From positions 1 through 64,000 of the forward strand of contig CAZESS010000005.1 in assembly GCA_964514975.1 (NCBI GenBank): a DNA stretch of 64,000 nt, written 5' to 3'. The stretch is from an uncultured Thermoplasmatales archaeon. Its GTDB lineage: Archaea; Thermoplasmatota; E2; UBA202; DSCA01. The notes beneath the pieces were generated by a model that was given only the letters and a program-made list of their open reading frames with translations, searched no databases and was not told where the DNA came from. A program made the translations under genes and the position numbers. Within the stretch, counting starts at the first letter, position 1. Each line of letters opens with the position of its first letter. This document shows, piece after piece, positions 28,022 through 38,025 of the stretch.

Positions 28022-28979
28022 TTTTTCCTCCCTGCTTTTTGATTATGTCTATTATCTCTTCGGTAAACATGTCTATCTCGTTGTGTGGCACGATTGCTCC
28101 CAGGACGTGTCGTTTGCCGCCTGCTACATACCCGTGCTGCTTGGCACGTTCGATGAGCGGACGGCAGTCGCTGCCCCGGGCATAGAGCTGGCATTCCCGC
28201 TCGAAAAAGCCGCGATTGACGACCATGACGTAGCTGTCGCCGTCCCACATCTGGCGGGTGACCGTCGAGATGATGTTGTAGGAGCTGTCGAGGCGTTTCA
28301 CCGTGACGGGGCCGAGCTGTTCCGCCGGCGCGTCCAGGGCTGCCTGGATTTCCTGCCTGATGCTTTTTCGCTTTCGCCGCCAGTCCTCGTTTCCGAGGAT
28401 GAAGGATGCGACGTCGTCGGCCCCGGCGATGTCCACGACTGCCTGCTGGACGGCGGCACGGCTGCCGGTCGTGTAGTTGGCGTCGACGAGGCGGGTCATG
28501 CGGTGCAGCTCTTCAAAGGTCAGGTCGCTCTGCTGCATGAATGCCTCGACGCGCCGGTAGAAGGGAATGTCTTTGAGGCGTTCCTCCCAGTCGCCGACGG
28601 CGCCCAGCAATGCGAGAAGGCTCTCCTCCATGTCGAGCGCCTCGGCGACGACGACCGACGCCGAGGGATATGCCTCCTCGCTTTCCCCTGCCATAATCGG
28701 GTTGTGGTAGGTGACACCGGGGACTTCCTCTGTCCTGTGGTGGTCGTACACCGTCACGTCAGTCATCGCGGCCAGCGTCTGCAGGCTTTCCGCGTGCAGC
28801 GCCAGGTCGACGAGGACGATGTCGTCGTAGTCGTTTTCCTTGATGTCCTGTACCTCCTCCATGGTGAGCGCGTAGTTGCCGATTGTCGGCGTGCGGACGT
28901 CCTCGCTGCCGGTGTAGAGCATCGCCGCTGAGCAGATGCCGTCCGTGTCCCAGTGGTGGAGGAGCAATCGCGATGCCAT
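28014..28979 (-). CDS. DHH-family phosphoesterase (candidate PAP phosphatase)
   Basis: Start ATG 28979; [28 protein letters not shown] (DHHA1-like). Confidence 0.82.
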   Translation of the reverse strand: MASRLLLHHWDTDGICSAAMLYTGSEDVRTPTIGNYALTMEEVQDIKENDYDDIVLVDLALHAESLQTLAAMTDVTVYDHHRTEEVPGVTYHNPIMAGESEEAYPSASVVVAEALDMEESLLALLGAVGDWEERLKDIPFYRRVEAFMQQSDLTFEELHRMTRLVDANYTTGSRAAVQQAVVDIAGADDVASFILGNEDWRRKRKSIRQEIQAALDAPAEQLGPVTVKRLDSSYNIISTVTRQMWDGDSYVMVVNRGFFERECQLYARGSDCRPLIERAKQHGYVAGGKRHVLGAIVPHNEIDMFTEEIIDIIKKQGGKND

Positions 28980-28983
28980 GATA

Positions 28984-30105
28984 TCACGATACGAATGGGT
29001 CGTCGAACTCCAGGATGGTGTCCGCGACCTCTTTCCGCATGATGTCCTCCGAGGGGCGTTCGCCGTTGCGGAGCAGCTTCCGTATCTTGGTGCCGCTGAA
29101 CATGATGTGATGCTCGAGGTCGTGCGGGCAGATTTTGTCGTTGACGATGCTGCCGCATTTGGTGCACCGCGAGAACGAGCGGAAGAACATCGGCGTGATG
29201 CCCAGGTCGGGGAACTCCTCGAAGATGTCATGCGCATCATATGGCCCGTAGAAGTCGCCGACGCCGGCATGGTCACGCCCGACGATGAAATGGGTGCAGC
29301 CAAAGTTTTTCCGCATGATGGCATGGTGGACGGCCTCCCGGGGCCCGGCATATTTCATCGAGGTGCGCAGGACGGACATCACCGACCGTTTTTGCAGGTA
29401 GTAGTGCTCCATCAGCGTCTCATATGCCTTCAAGATGACCTCGTCCCTGAAGTCACCCGGCTTTTTTTTGCCCAGGATGGGGTTGATGAAGATGCCGTCG
29501 ACGAAGGTCAGCGCCGCCTTTTGCACGTACTCATGGCCGAGATGCGGAGGGTTGCGGGTCTGGAAGGCGACGATCTCCCGCCAGCCTTTTTCCTTGAAAA
29601 GTATCCTGGTTTCCTTCGGCGTGAGATTGTAGTCGTCGAACGGGCGTTGGTTGCTGTCCAGCAGCCTGATGGGGCCGCCGATGAAGCGGTCACTCATGCC
29701 GTTGACGGTTCTGACGCCGGGATGGTCATTGTCGGTCGTGGCGTAGATGTTTTCGGCCAGCAGCTGCTTGTCATAGGTATAGATTTCTTCGACGTCAAGC
29801 AGCGCCCGGACGCCCGTCTCCTGGTTGGTGAGCAGGACGGTGTCGCCCTCGTCGACATCGGCGGCGATGTCGAGCAGAATGGGAATCGTCCATGGCACGT
29901 CGTTGGACAGGCGCTTGTGGTGGACGACGCTGTCCAGGTCGTCGTGGCACAGGAAGCCGGTCAATGGCGAGAATACGCCGTTGGCGACGTTGAGGATGTC
30001 CTCGGCGGTGTCGGTGTCGACCGCACATGTGGGAAGCTCGTCAACGTCGTCCGGCGTCCGGGCGGCATGGCGGTCGACGAGATGGTTGCCGTGTGGCTGT
30101 GGCAT
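28984..30105 (-). CDS. sat: Sulfate adenylyltransferase (ATP sulfurylase)
   Basis: Start ATG 30105 MPQPHG; FSPLTGF, AFQTRNPPHLGHEY, YAGPREAVHHAIMRKNFGCTHFIVGRDHAG, Zn site CxxC...CPH. Confidence 0.96.
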   Translation of the reverse strand: MPQPHGNHLVDRHAARTPDDVDELPTCAVDTDTAEDILNVANGVFSPLTGFLCHDDLDSVVHHKRLSNDVPWTIPILLDIAADVDEGDTVLLTNQETGVRALLDVEEIYTYDKQLLAENIYATTDNDHPGVRTVNGMSDRFIGGPIRLLDSNQRPFDDYNLTPKETRILFKEKGWREIVAFQTRNPPHLGHEYVQKAALTFVDGIFINPILGKKKPGDFRDEVILKAYETLMEHYYLQKRSVMSVLRTSMKYAGPREAVHHAIMRKNFGCTHFIVGRDHAGVGDFYGPYDAHDIFEEFPDLGITPMFFRSFSRCTKCGSIVNDKICPHDLEHHIMFSGTKIRKLLRNGERPSEDIMRKEVADTILEFDDPFVS

Positions 30106-30115
30106 TGTCGTGCCC

Positions 30116-30337
30116 TCAGTCCAGGTAGCCGAGCGCTCGCAGGCGCTCCTTGACCTTTTCTTCGTCTTCTTCGCTGAACGCTTCCTCTTCTTCCTCGTCC
30201 ATGTTGGCGATGACCTCGCGCAGCACGTAGGTGACATAGCTGGACACCGAGTTGAAGCCGGTGCCCTCGATGCGTTCCTTGATTTTCTGGACCAGCGGTT
30301 TCGGGAGGGAAACCGTGGTGTACTTGGTCTCGTTCAT
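30116..30337 (-). CDS. CopG/ribbon-helix-helix transcriptional regulator heading the sulfation operon
   Basis: YTTVSLPKPLVQKIKERIEGTGFNSVSSYVTYVLRE; acidic linker; tail KERLRALGYLD. Confidence 0.85.
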   Translation of the reverse strand: MNETKYTTVSLPKPLVQKIKERIEGTGFNSVSSYVTYVLREVIANMDEEEEEAFSEEDEEKVKERLRALGYLD

Positions 30338-30363
30338 GCTTTCACCGGCGGTGTAATTAAATA

Positions 30364-30380
30364 TTATTATAAAAGGTTTG
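30364..30380 (-). promoter_or_regulatory. BRE/TATA promoter of the sulfation operon
   Basis: Minus strand CAAACCTTTTATAATAA ~30 nt upstream of ATG 30337. Confidence 0.55.
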
Positions 30381-30432
30381 TGCCGCTCTGGCAGCCCCGG
30401 CATCGCACCAACGACACCTCACATCCCGGCCA

Positions 30433-31902
30433 TCACCGATAGCCGCCGATTTTGAGCGAGGGATCGCCGAGCAGTATCCATTCCTGCGCCGTCTTCGCGT
30501 CGATGGCCGTCGCGCTGTCAACGTTTTCATCCCAGTCGATCGGATAGGTGTCAAGATAATCGGAGATGACGTTGCTCCAGATGTCACCGAGCACCTCGGT
30601 GTCCTCCATCCCATACTCATGGAAAAAATGCGTGTCCAGCCACTCCGACGCCTCGCCGGTGACACCGCTGGCCTCCCACTTGTCCTCCTTGGTGTAGCCC
30701 AGCGCCGAATAGCCGAGGGTCGCGATGGAGCCGCCGCCGACCGTCCGGGTCAGCCACCAGCTCCAGCACTCGGGGCCGGTCTCGCCCTTGTACAGATATT
30801 CATACCAGGCGGTGAAGCCCTCATAGAGTTTCAGGGCGTTGAGCACCGAGATGTTGAACTGGCTGTTATGGCAGCCGCCGACCACGCAGACCGGGAGCAT
30901 GTCCTCGTTGTCCAGCCGCCGCATCTGCCAGATGTCCAATCCGTCGATCCATGTCCCGGCATCGTTCGGCGGATGGGTCGCCCAGGTCATCGGGCTGCCA
31001 TGGCCATCGAAAAACAAGAAGCCGCATCCCTCGCGGACCGTCGAAATCACGTCCTCCGGCCCCGTCAGGGTGCCATCCGATGTCCACAGCTTCACATGGT
31101 CAAAGCCGGGCATCCAGTCCATCGCCCGCTGGGTCCCCATCTCGCCCTCTATCTGGTCATCCCAGGCCGGGTTCGGGTTGTCGGGATAGGTGTCCCCGGC
31201 GATGCAGACCATCCGGCTGAACCAGTCCGCATTGTAGGCCGTGTCCTCATACGTAATGATTTTGTCGACCATGACAGTGACCTCCCACTCGGCGCGGCAG
31301 GCAAGCCGGCCCACGGCGACATCGGGATACAGGTCGAGCGGCGCATCCTCCGCCATGTCGCCGATCCATTCCCCATAAATACCGTCGTCGTCGGTGTCCC
31401 AGGTCTGGAAACGTCCCTCGCCGTCGTAGATGTCAGCGAAATAGAGATCGCTCAAAAACGAGCGCTCCCAGCCGCTGCTCACACCGCAAAAAGAATACCG
31501 GACGGGGCACCACCACTGCTGCTCGAGCAGCCCGCCGTGCCGGCCGCCGACCAGCATGACATAGCTGATGTCCCAGTCGTCAAGCGCGTTTTTGATGAAA
31601 TACTTGAGCTGCTCGGCGCTGTCCCGGCCCTCCACCTGGAAATATGTGCCATCGTAGATGTCCTCGAGCGAGACAAGCCTGGTGGCCACGCCGTGCCCGT
31701 TTTTGTGTTCAACGAGCGGCTGCAGGCTGTCCGTCCACTGCCCGGGCGCCACAATCAGCAGGTCATAGCTGTCTGATGCCACCGTCGTCGAGGGAGATAC
31801 AGCGGGCTCCCAATCGGTGGCATGCTGACCGTGCAACGCGGTCAACGGCGCAGCGACAAGCAATACCGTTGCCATCATGCAAAACAGAGCGCTTTTTCTC
31901 AT
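30433..31902 (-). CDS. Secreted peptidase C25 (gingipain-like cysteine protease)
   Basis: Signal peptide; LVEHK, YVMLVG, SDLYFADIYD, DLYPDVAVGRL, catalytic FDGHGSP and GGCHN, LLGDPSLKIGGY. Confidence 0.9.
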   Translation of the reverse strand: MRKSALFCMMATVLLVAAPLTALHGQHATDWEPAVSPSTTVASDSYDLLIVAPGQWTDSLQPLVEHKNGHGVATRLVSLEDIYDGTYFQVEGRDSAEQLKYFIKNALDDWDISYVMLVGGRHGGLLEQQWWCPVRYSFCGVSSGWERSFLSDLYFADIYDGEGRFQTWDTDDDGIYGEWIGDMAEDAPLDLYPDVAVGRLACRAEWEVTVMVDKIITYEDTAYNADWFSRMVCIAGDTYPDNPNPAWDDQIEGEMGTQRAMDWMPGFDHVKLWTSDGTLTGPEDVISTVREGCGFLFFDGHGSPMTWATHPPNDAGTWIDGLDIWQMRRLDNEDMLPVCVVGGCHNSQFNISVLNALKLYEGFTAWYEYLYKGETGPECWSWWLTRTVGGGSIATLGYSALGYTKEDKWEASGVTGEASEWLDTHFFHEYGMEDTEVLGDIWSNVISDYLDTYPIDWDENVDSATAIDAKTAQEWILLGDPSLKIGGYR

Positions 31903-32006
31903 GGGCTCAATAATGCCAGCGTCTATAAAAACCATCCGGGCTGGCCGTCTCTCGCCATGGCGGAATTGAAGAAAGTTTATAAGCGCGGAGGAACATCCAG
32001 CCCTGC

Positions 32007-32831
32007 ATGGACAATGCCTCGCCGTTGTACCTGTTCCGGCCGGTCACCAGCCTGATAGCGTCGCTGTCGGTGCTCATCGGCTCCGTCGTCGGGAGAGGCG
32101 CAAATCTTGCGCCCCATGTGTGGGAGATGGCGCTCGCGGTCTCCGCCGCTTTTTTGTTCAGCGCCGGCGGGTTCGCGCTTAACGACTACCTGGACCGGGA
32201 GAGCGACCGGGTGAACCATCCCGGGCGGCCGATTCCCTCGGGCACCATCTCGGCGCGCAACGCGCTGCGTGCGAGCGCCATCTTGCTGGTCGCGAGCATT
32301 GTGGTGGCCGCCGGCATCAACTGGCAGGCCGTGGGTATCATCCTCGCTGCGGCCGTGGTTGCTGTTTCATATGAGACCGTGCTGAAGTTCAGGGGTATTT
32401 TGGGCAACCTGTCGATTAGCACGCTTGCGGCGCTGACGTTTTTGTTTGGCGGCGCCGCGGTCGACCGGCTGCTGTCGCCGTTGTTCGCATCCGTGGTGGC
32501 GTTTTTGTTCATCCTGGGCCGCGAAATCATAATGGATGTCGAGGACATGGCGGGCGATGTCGACCGGCGGACGCTTCCCCGGCAGATTGGACGAAAAAAC
32601 GCGCTGGTGGTCGCCGGGGCGTTCATCCTTGCCGCCATCGGCATCAGCATCCTGCCGTATGCGCCATTGCATCTCTTCGGCCCGTTTTATCTCCCGGTGG
32701 TGCTCATGGCCGACGTGGTGTTTGTGTATGCGCTGGTGCTTGTCCGGCGGGACATCGGCCGGGTGCGCGATGTCACCAAGGCGGGCATCCTGGTTGCGCT
32801 GCTCGCGTTCGTGGTGGGCGCCGTCATCTGA
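32007..32831 (+). CDS. UbiA-family prenyltransferase, probable digeranylgeranylglyceryl phosphate synthase
   Basis: NDYLDRESDRVNHPGRPIPSG, REIIMDVEDMAGD...TLP; many TMs; TATA GAAAGTTTATAA 25 nt upstream (leaderless). Confidence 0.85.
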   Translation: MDNASPLYLFRPVTSLIASLSVLIGSVVGRGANLAPHVWEMALAVSAAFLFSAGGFALNDYLDRESDRVNHPGRPIPSGTISARNALRASAILLVASIVVAAGINWQAVGIILAAAVVAVSYETVLKFRGILGNLSISTLAALTFLFGGAAVDRLLSPLFASVVAFLFILGREIIMDVEDMAGDVDRRTLPRQIGRKNALVVAGAFILAAIGISILPYAPLHLFGPFYLPVVLMADVVFVYALVLVRRDIGRVRDVTKAGILVALLAFVVGAVI

Positions 32832-32906
32832 ACATGTGGCGGCATGGACGAACAGCTCGAATAATAGTGAAAGACATATAAAGTATAAAGTGTTATAGTG
32901 GGGCAA

Positions 32907-33569
32907 ATGGCCGAGGAAAATATTCTCCTGAATCCCAATGAGCCACGCCATGAGTTCATGGTGTACAAGGACAAGGCCCGCAGCGTCATCCTGAAAACCA
33001 TCGGAGGGACAAGCGAGATCTTCTGGATACTCGGCAGCACGGGCATCGGGAAGACGACGTTTCTCCACTGGCTGCAAGAGTTCGGACCGCTCTACAAGAT
33101 AGAGACCATCATGATACATGGCGGCGAAAACCTGACGCTGGAGGACATGAAAGCCGAGGTCGAGCAGGCGATACGCCCGTCGTTTTTTTCACGCTTGTTT
33201 CTCCGTAAAAAGGTCATCGAACGACCGGTTTTGCTGCTGATAGACGAGGTCGAATACATCAAGGACGAAAAGGTCTTTGAATATCTTATCAGCAAGCTCG
33301 ACGACACCGACCTCCGCATGTCCGTCGTGCTCGCATCGGTGGAGGTCGTGGACGACGTCGTGAAAAACCATCTGAAGGGACGGGACGTCGAAAAAATGCG
33401 CCTGACCATGCCCCCCACCGACCAGGTGCTCGACATGATGAAGCGCCGCATCGATGCGGCCGGCGGAGAGGGCTACCGTCCGTTCGGCAAACAGATGGTC
33501 GAGGACATCGTGGAATCATCAACCACCATCAGGGACGTTCTCATCAAGCTTGAAGAAGCATCAGGGTGA
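32907..33569 (+). CDS. Small AAA/ExeA-like P-loop ATPase
   Basis: Walker A GSTGIGKT, Walker B LLLIDEVE, RRIDAAGG...PF. Confidence 0.7.
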   Translation: MAEENILLNPNEPRHEFMVYKDKARSVILKTIGGTSEIFWILGSTGIGKTTFLHWLQEFGPLYKIETIMIHGGENLTLEDMKAEVEQAIRPSFFSRLFLRKKVIERPVLLLIDEVEYIKDEKVFEYLISKLDDTDLRMSVVLASVEVVDDVVKNHLKGRDVEKMRLTMPPTDQVLDMMKRRIDAAGGEGYRPFGKQMVEDIVESSTTIRDVLIKLEEASG

Positions 33570-33573
33570 CATC

Positions 33574-34197
33574 ATGCATGAAAAAATAATGGTCGTCGAC
33601 GACGAATACGAGGTCGCAGACATCGTCAAAAAAATGCTGGAGTCGGAGGGCTACGAGGTGGAGGTCGCGAACAGCGGCGACGAATGCCTTGAAAAGCTCA
33701 AGGAGGTGACACCCGACCTCATCCTGCTCGACATCATGATGCCGGGCATGGACGGCTGGGAGACCCTCCGGAACATAAAAAGCAACGAGGCAACCAGGGA
33801 CATCCCTGTGTCGATGCTCACCGCGCTCCCGCTCACCCCGGACGACACCAGGGACAAGCCCCTTGACAGCATCGAGAACTACATCGTCAAGCCGTTCACC
33901 AAAAAAATCCTGCTCCACAAGATACAGGACATCCTCGACCGGAAAAAAGAGATCAACGAGATGTACGAAAAAATCCGGGCGGAAATCGGCGAGGAGGAAG
34001 CCGAGGAATACCGCCGCCTGTCACTGGCCGTCAACCGCCAGCGCCGCCTCGTCGGCGCCATCGTCGATTCAACGGTCAGCGAGCTCAAGGACTCCGTGAA
34101 AAACCTGCTGATAAGCCAGAAGCGCATGATTGAGATGATGAACAAAAAAATCGATGACATCGAGCGGCAGGTCGAGCAGGAATCAAACAACGGCTGA
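33574..34197 (+). CDS. Response regulator: REC + coiled-coil output
   Basis: Start ATG 33574 with GGTGA RBS; KIMVVDDE, ILLDIMMPGMDGW, LTA, YIVKPF; helical C-terminus. Confidence 0.88.
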   Translation: MHEKIMVVDDEYEVADIVKKMLESEGYEVEVANSGDECLEKLKEVTPDLILLDIMMPGMDGWETLRNIKSNEATRDIPVSMLTALPLTPDDTRDKPLDSIENYIVKPFTKKILLHKIQDILDRKKEINEMYEKIRAEIGEEEAEEYRRLSLAVNRQRRLVGAIVDSTVSELKDSVKNLLISQKRMIEMMNKKIDDIERQVEQESNNG

Positions 34198-34863
34198 GAC
34201 CACCTGGTACACGATGTCGCCCAGCAAAAAGGAGATGGCGTAGCCCGCCGTCAATGGAATCAGAAACGGCACCTTGGGGGTCGCCCAGATAATTTCGTCG
34301 CCGAACGCCGCCGGGTCGACATCCCGCTGCGGCAGAATGCTTTTTGTACGCCGCCCTTCTTCGATTTTTTCCATCGGCCAGACATGGCTGCCCGGGATGT
34401 CGCTCGCCCGCATCCGGCACCCAAAAAAACTGTAGGGAAACACGAGGTCGCCATGGAGCACGTTGCGGACGAAAAATGCGATGGGGATGACCAGGAAGAG
34501 CAGCAGCGAGTTGATGAACACGATGATGGGGAACGGGAGCTCCACCGGCGCAATCCATAGCGGCAGCTCGCCGAGCGTGCTATCGATGTGCGGGAACAAC
34601 GGCGCCAGCAGCGATATCGCTATCAGCGCCTTCGCGTCGGCGCCGCCCATGCCCGCCAGGATGACCACGAACGCGATGGGCAGCGTCAGCATCACCGAGA
34701 AAAGGACGGCCGGGGGCGGATAGTCTGAGAACAGGAGCAACACGACGCCGATGGCGCCCATGACGATCCAGAGCTCGTTCCGCGCCTCGCGGTATTTAAA
34801 ATCGGTGTACGAGGCATACAGCAGGATAGCCATGCCGACGGCGAAGCGGAGGACGTCGAGCAT
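34183..34863 (-). CDS. A24 prepilin/prearchaellin peptidase (FlaK/PibD-like)
   Basis: YASYTD...RE..NELW, MGGADAKAL, WATPKVPFLIPLTAG. Confidence 0.88.
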   Translation of the reverse strand: MLDVLRFAVGMAILLYASYTDFKYREARNELWIVMGAIGVVLLLFSDYPPPAVLFSVMLTLPIAFVVILAGMGGADAKALIAISLLAPLFPHIDSTLGELPLWIAPVELPFPIIVFINSLLLFLVIPIAFFVRNVLHGDLVFPYSFFGCRMRASDIPGSHVWPMEKIEEGRRTKSILPQRDVDPAAFGDEIIWATPKVPFLIPLTAGYAISFLLGDIVYQVVSAVV

Positions 34864-34936
34864 ACCGCTAAATCACGCGGCCGATATAACTATATCGCTT
34901 TGTCCGTCGCCTCATCCACGTGCGCAAACGGCGATG

Positions 34937-37345
34937 TTACCTGAACCGGCGCATGGCCAGCAGCACGAGGAATATCGCCGCGATGGCCAGCAGCGCCGCG
35001 AAGCCAGGGGTACCGTCGCTATCCTGGTCAAGCGATATGTCGACCAGGTCGCTCTGGACGCCGTCGCCGCCGACGGCGCGGATGCTTATCGCGTTCCCGG
35101 ATGCGTTGGCCGGCAGATCGATGGACAGCTCGAACTGCCGTTCGGCGCCCGCCTGCATGGTCGCCTCGGAGGGGGTCACCTGGACGGTCGCCCCGGCGTC
35201 TTCTTCCACCTCGATGTGGACACCGTCGACCATCTGGTTGAGACAGGTCACCGTCACGATGACCGTCGCGGTGCCACCGGAGGCGTCGATTGAGGTCGGT
35301 GCCGACAGCACCAGGGACGGGTCGCCGCCGCCCACCGTTACCGACGCGGTGTAGGTGCTCGTGGTGCCGTTGTCGTCCTCGACCTCGAGCGTCACGGGAT
35401 AGGTACCGACATCGGGCCAGCTATGTGTCACGGTGGCCGCGGCCCGCTCGTCGTCATAGGTGCCGTCGGCGTTCCAGTCCCACCGGTAGAGCAGAATGGT
35501 GCCGTCGTCCGTCGACGCGGAGGCGTCAAACGTGACGTCCTCGCCGGCGCCGGGGGATGCAGGCTGATAGCTGAACTGCGCCGTCGGCGCATGGGCGCCC
35601 GCCGGGTTCACCGTCACCATTTTCTGTGTCGTCACCGTAGCCCCTTCGTTGTCGGTGACAGTCAGCGTGACCGTGTAGGTGCCATTTCCGGTATAGGTGT
35701 GCGACGTCGTCTGCCCGCTGGCTGTGTCGCTTTCATCGCCGAAGTCCCAGCTATAGCTCGAAATGCTGCCCCCGTAGGGGTCATAGGAATCCGCGGCATC
35801 GAATGACACCGCCTGGCCCACGGTGGGAGCAAGCGGCGTGTAGGAGAATGAGGGCTTCGGGGGTGCATTGCTGACCGTTATCTGCCGCATGGCCTCGTCC
35901 TCGTCCGATTCACCGGCGTTCACCGTCAGCGTGACCGTGTAGGTGCCGGGGCTCGTATAGGTATGCGTCGGCGATGCGCCGGTAGCCGTCCCGCCATCGC
36001 CGAACGACCAGGAACGGGATTCCACGTCGCCCGTGGAGGTATCGGTGAACTGCACCGGCTGCCCGACAGCGGCACTGCCCGGAGCGGTGAAAGACGCCTC
36101 GGCCGGCTCAGATGTGCCGGACCCGCCGCCGCCCCGCCAGAGCGCGTTGCCGTTCGAGCCGTCATATTTGACCGTGTAATACTGGTCGTCCTCGTCGGTG
36201 TTGTATCCTGCCACGACGATATTGTTCTGCGAGTCAACGGCGACCGCCTTCGCCTCCCCCCTGAACGAGGTCTCCGTGGCATCCCATCGCTTGCCAAGGC
36301 CGTTGCTGTACTTGATGGTGTAGAAATGTTTGCCATCGCTGTCGGTGGTGAAACCGGCGACGATAACGTTGTCATTCTGGTCGCAGGCGATAGCCAGCGC
36401 GTCGTCCTTGCCGCCCACGTCCAGGAGGTCATCGTCAACCTTGCTGTCGGCATCGTCGTACTTGACAGTCAAAAAATCCTGGCCGCCACTGCCGCTGGAA
36501 TGACCGGTCACGAAAACGTTGTCGTTGGAATCAGCCACAATCCCTGACGCGCTCTCGTTCGTACCAGCCCCGCGATAGAAAAACGGGCCGCCTTTCGGGT
36601 CGAGGCTGCTGCTGTAACGCTGCATGCAGTAGGCGTTGTAGTCCGGCCCGTCGAACTGCGTCGAACCGGCCACGATGACGTCTCCTGTACTGGTGAGCGC
36701 GACGTCGAGGCCCATGTCGGCGTTGTCGTCCACGTCCAGCACGTGCTCCTCCATCAGGCCGCCGTCCGAACCCGAGCATTTCACGGTCCAGAAGTTGCTG
36801 GTCGCCGACTCGGTGCCAACCAGCTTGATGGTCACCCCGGTGAGAAACACGTTGCCGGTCTGCTCGTCGATCGTCGCCCGCCAGGGCACGTCGGACAGCC
36901 CGTTGTCATGTGTTTTTTTCCAGACCTGGTTGCCGTTTGACCCATATTTTATCAGGAAATAGTCCATCTGCGGGAGAATGTCCCCTGCGGAGCCAACGGC
37001 CCCGACGACGATGATGTTGTCGTTGCCATCGACCACGACGTCCTTTCCGATGTTGTGGTCATATTCCTTGAACTCCTTCCGCCACAGCAAATGACCGTCG
37101 TCGCCATCATATTTCTCGGTGCGGATAATCCATTTCCCCGCACCATCATCATATACCTCGCCGGTGACGATGATGTTGTCGTCCCCGTCAACAGCGACGC
37201 CGTTGATGGACATCGTCCGGTCCTGCAACGCTGTCGCCGTGGGAGCGCTGCCGTCGTCCGCCGACGATAGCATCGAGAGCCCTGAAAGCGAAAGGGTCAG
37301 TACAACAAATAATACACATACCTGCGTATACGCGTTCCGTCTCAT
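34937..37345 (-). CDS. Surface protein with beta-propeller repeats, three PKD domains and PGF-CTERM sorting signal
   Basis: Signal peptide; repeats VAVDxxxNIIVxG...TxKY; WSFGDG/WDFGD PKD motifs; tail TPGFAALLAIAAIFLVLLAMRRFR. Confidence 0.88.
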   Translation of the reverse strand: MRRNAYTQVCVLFVVLTLSLSGLSMLSSADDGSAPTATALQDRTMSINGVAVDGDDNIIVTGEVYDDGAGKWIIRTEKYDGDDGHLLWRKEFKEYDHNIGKDVVVDGNDNIIVVGAVGSAGDILPQMDYFLIKYGSNGNQVWKKTHDNGLSDVPWRATIDEQTGNVFLTGVTIKLVGTESATSNFWTVKCSGSDGGLMEEHVLDVDDNADMGLDVALTSTGDVIVAGSTQFDGPDYNAYCMQRYSSSLDPKGGPFFYRGAGTNESASGIVADSNDNVFVTGHSSGSGGQDFLTVKYDDADSKVDDDLLDVGGKDDALAIACDQNDNVIVAGFTTDSDGKHFYTIKYSNGLGKRWDATETSFRGEAKAVAVDSQNNIVVAGYNTDEDDQYYTVKYDGSNGNALWRGGGGSGTSEPAEASFTAPGSAAVGQPVQFTDTSTGDVESRSWSFGDGGTATGASPTHTYTSPGTYTVTLTVNAGESDEDEAMRQITVSNAPPKPSFSYTPLAPTVGQAVSFDAADSYDPYGGSISSYSWDFGDESDTASGQTTSHTYTGNGTYTVTLTVTDNEGATVTTQKMVTVNPAGAHAPTAQFSYQPASPGAGEDVTFDASASTDDGTILLYRWDWNADGTYDDERAAATVTHSWPDVGTYPVTLEVEDDNGTTSTYTASVTVGGGDPSLVLSAPTSIDASGGTATVIVTVTCLNQMVDGVHIEVEEDAGATVQVTPSEATMQAGAERQFELSIDLPANASGNAISIRAVGGDGVQSDLVDISLDQDSDGTPGFAALLAIAAIFLVLLAMRRFR

Positions 37346-37440
37346 GTTTGTCAACCTCAGTCTACCCGGGAAACCCCCGGATGTCTGTTGATGTATATTC
37401 TTTCCCTTTAAAAAAAATGTGGTACAGTCGTCGAAAGAAA

Positions 37441-38025
37441 CTATTCCATGCTGACAACGCCGTTTTCGGTGACGACGGCGTCCACCCGCACGTCGTGTGG
37501 CTCCTCCGGCAGCATCTCCACGACCTGGAACGCATAGGCCAGCGCGACGGTGCTCCCCCCGAGATGCTGCAATAGCACGTCATAATATCCTCCGCCGTAG
37601 CCGATACGGGTGCCCCGGCGGTCGAAGGCGAGCCCGGGGATGAGGGCGAGGTCAACGGCACCGGGGCTGCGCCGCCGCACGTGTTCCTCCCGGGGCTCGA
37701 GGATGCCGTATGCACCGGTGGATAGCTCGTTCCAGGCATGCAGCTCGGAGAGAACGAGGGTGCGCTCGTCCCTGCTGGCGACGACGGGAACCAGCACCTG
37801 CTTTGCGTCGTCGGCGAGCAGCATCCGGATGCATCCATGGGTGTTGACCTCTGTCCCGAACGAGATGTAGGACAGCACGACCGTGGCATTCCTGAAGATG
37901 GGCATCCCGTACAGCCTGTCCAGCACCTGGTTGCTCCGTTTAAGGACCTCGAGGGCGGGAAGGTCGTTGCGCTGCTCCAGCATCTCCCGGCGTATGCGCT
38001 GCTTTTGCTCGCACAGCGATGCCAT
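37441..38025 (-). CDS. 5-formyltetrahydrofolate cyclo-ligase
   Basis: KQRIRREM, EVNT, GAYGILEP, IPGLAFDRRGTRIGYGGGYYD, EPHDVRVDAVVTE. Confidence 0.93.
   Translation of the reverse strand: MASLCEQKQRIRREMLEQRNDLPALEVLKRSNQVLDRLYGMPIFRNATVVLSYISFGTEVNTHGCIRMLLADDAKQVLVPVVASRDERTLVLSELHAWNELSTGAYGILEPREEHVRRRSPGAVDLALIPGLAFDRRGTRIGYGGGYYDVLLQHLGGSTVALAYAFQVVEMLPEEPHDVRVDAVVTENGVVSME

Noticed and set aside
28984-30105. sat as evidence for dissimilatory sulfate reduction
   Set aside because: Context is cysC plus sulfotransferase; no aprAB, qmo or dsr genes in the window.
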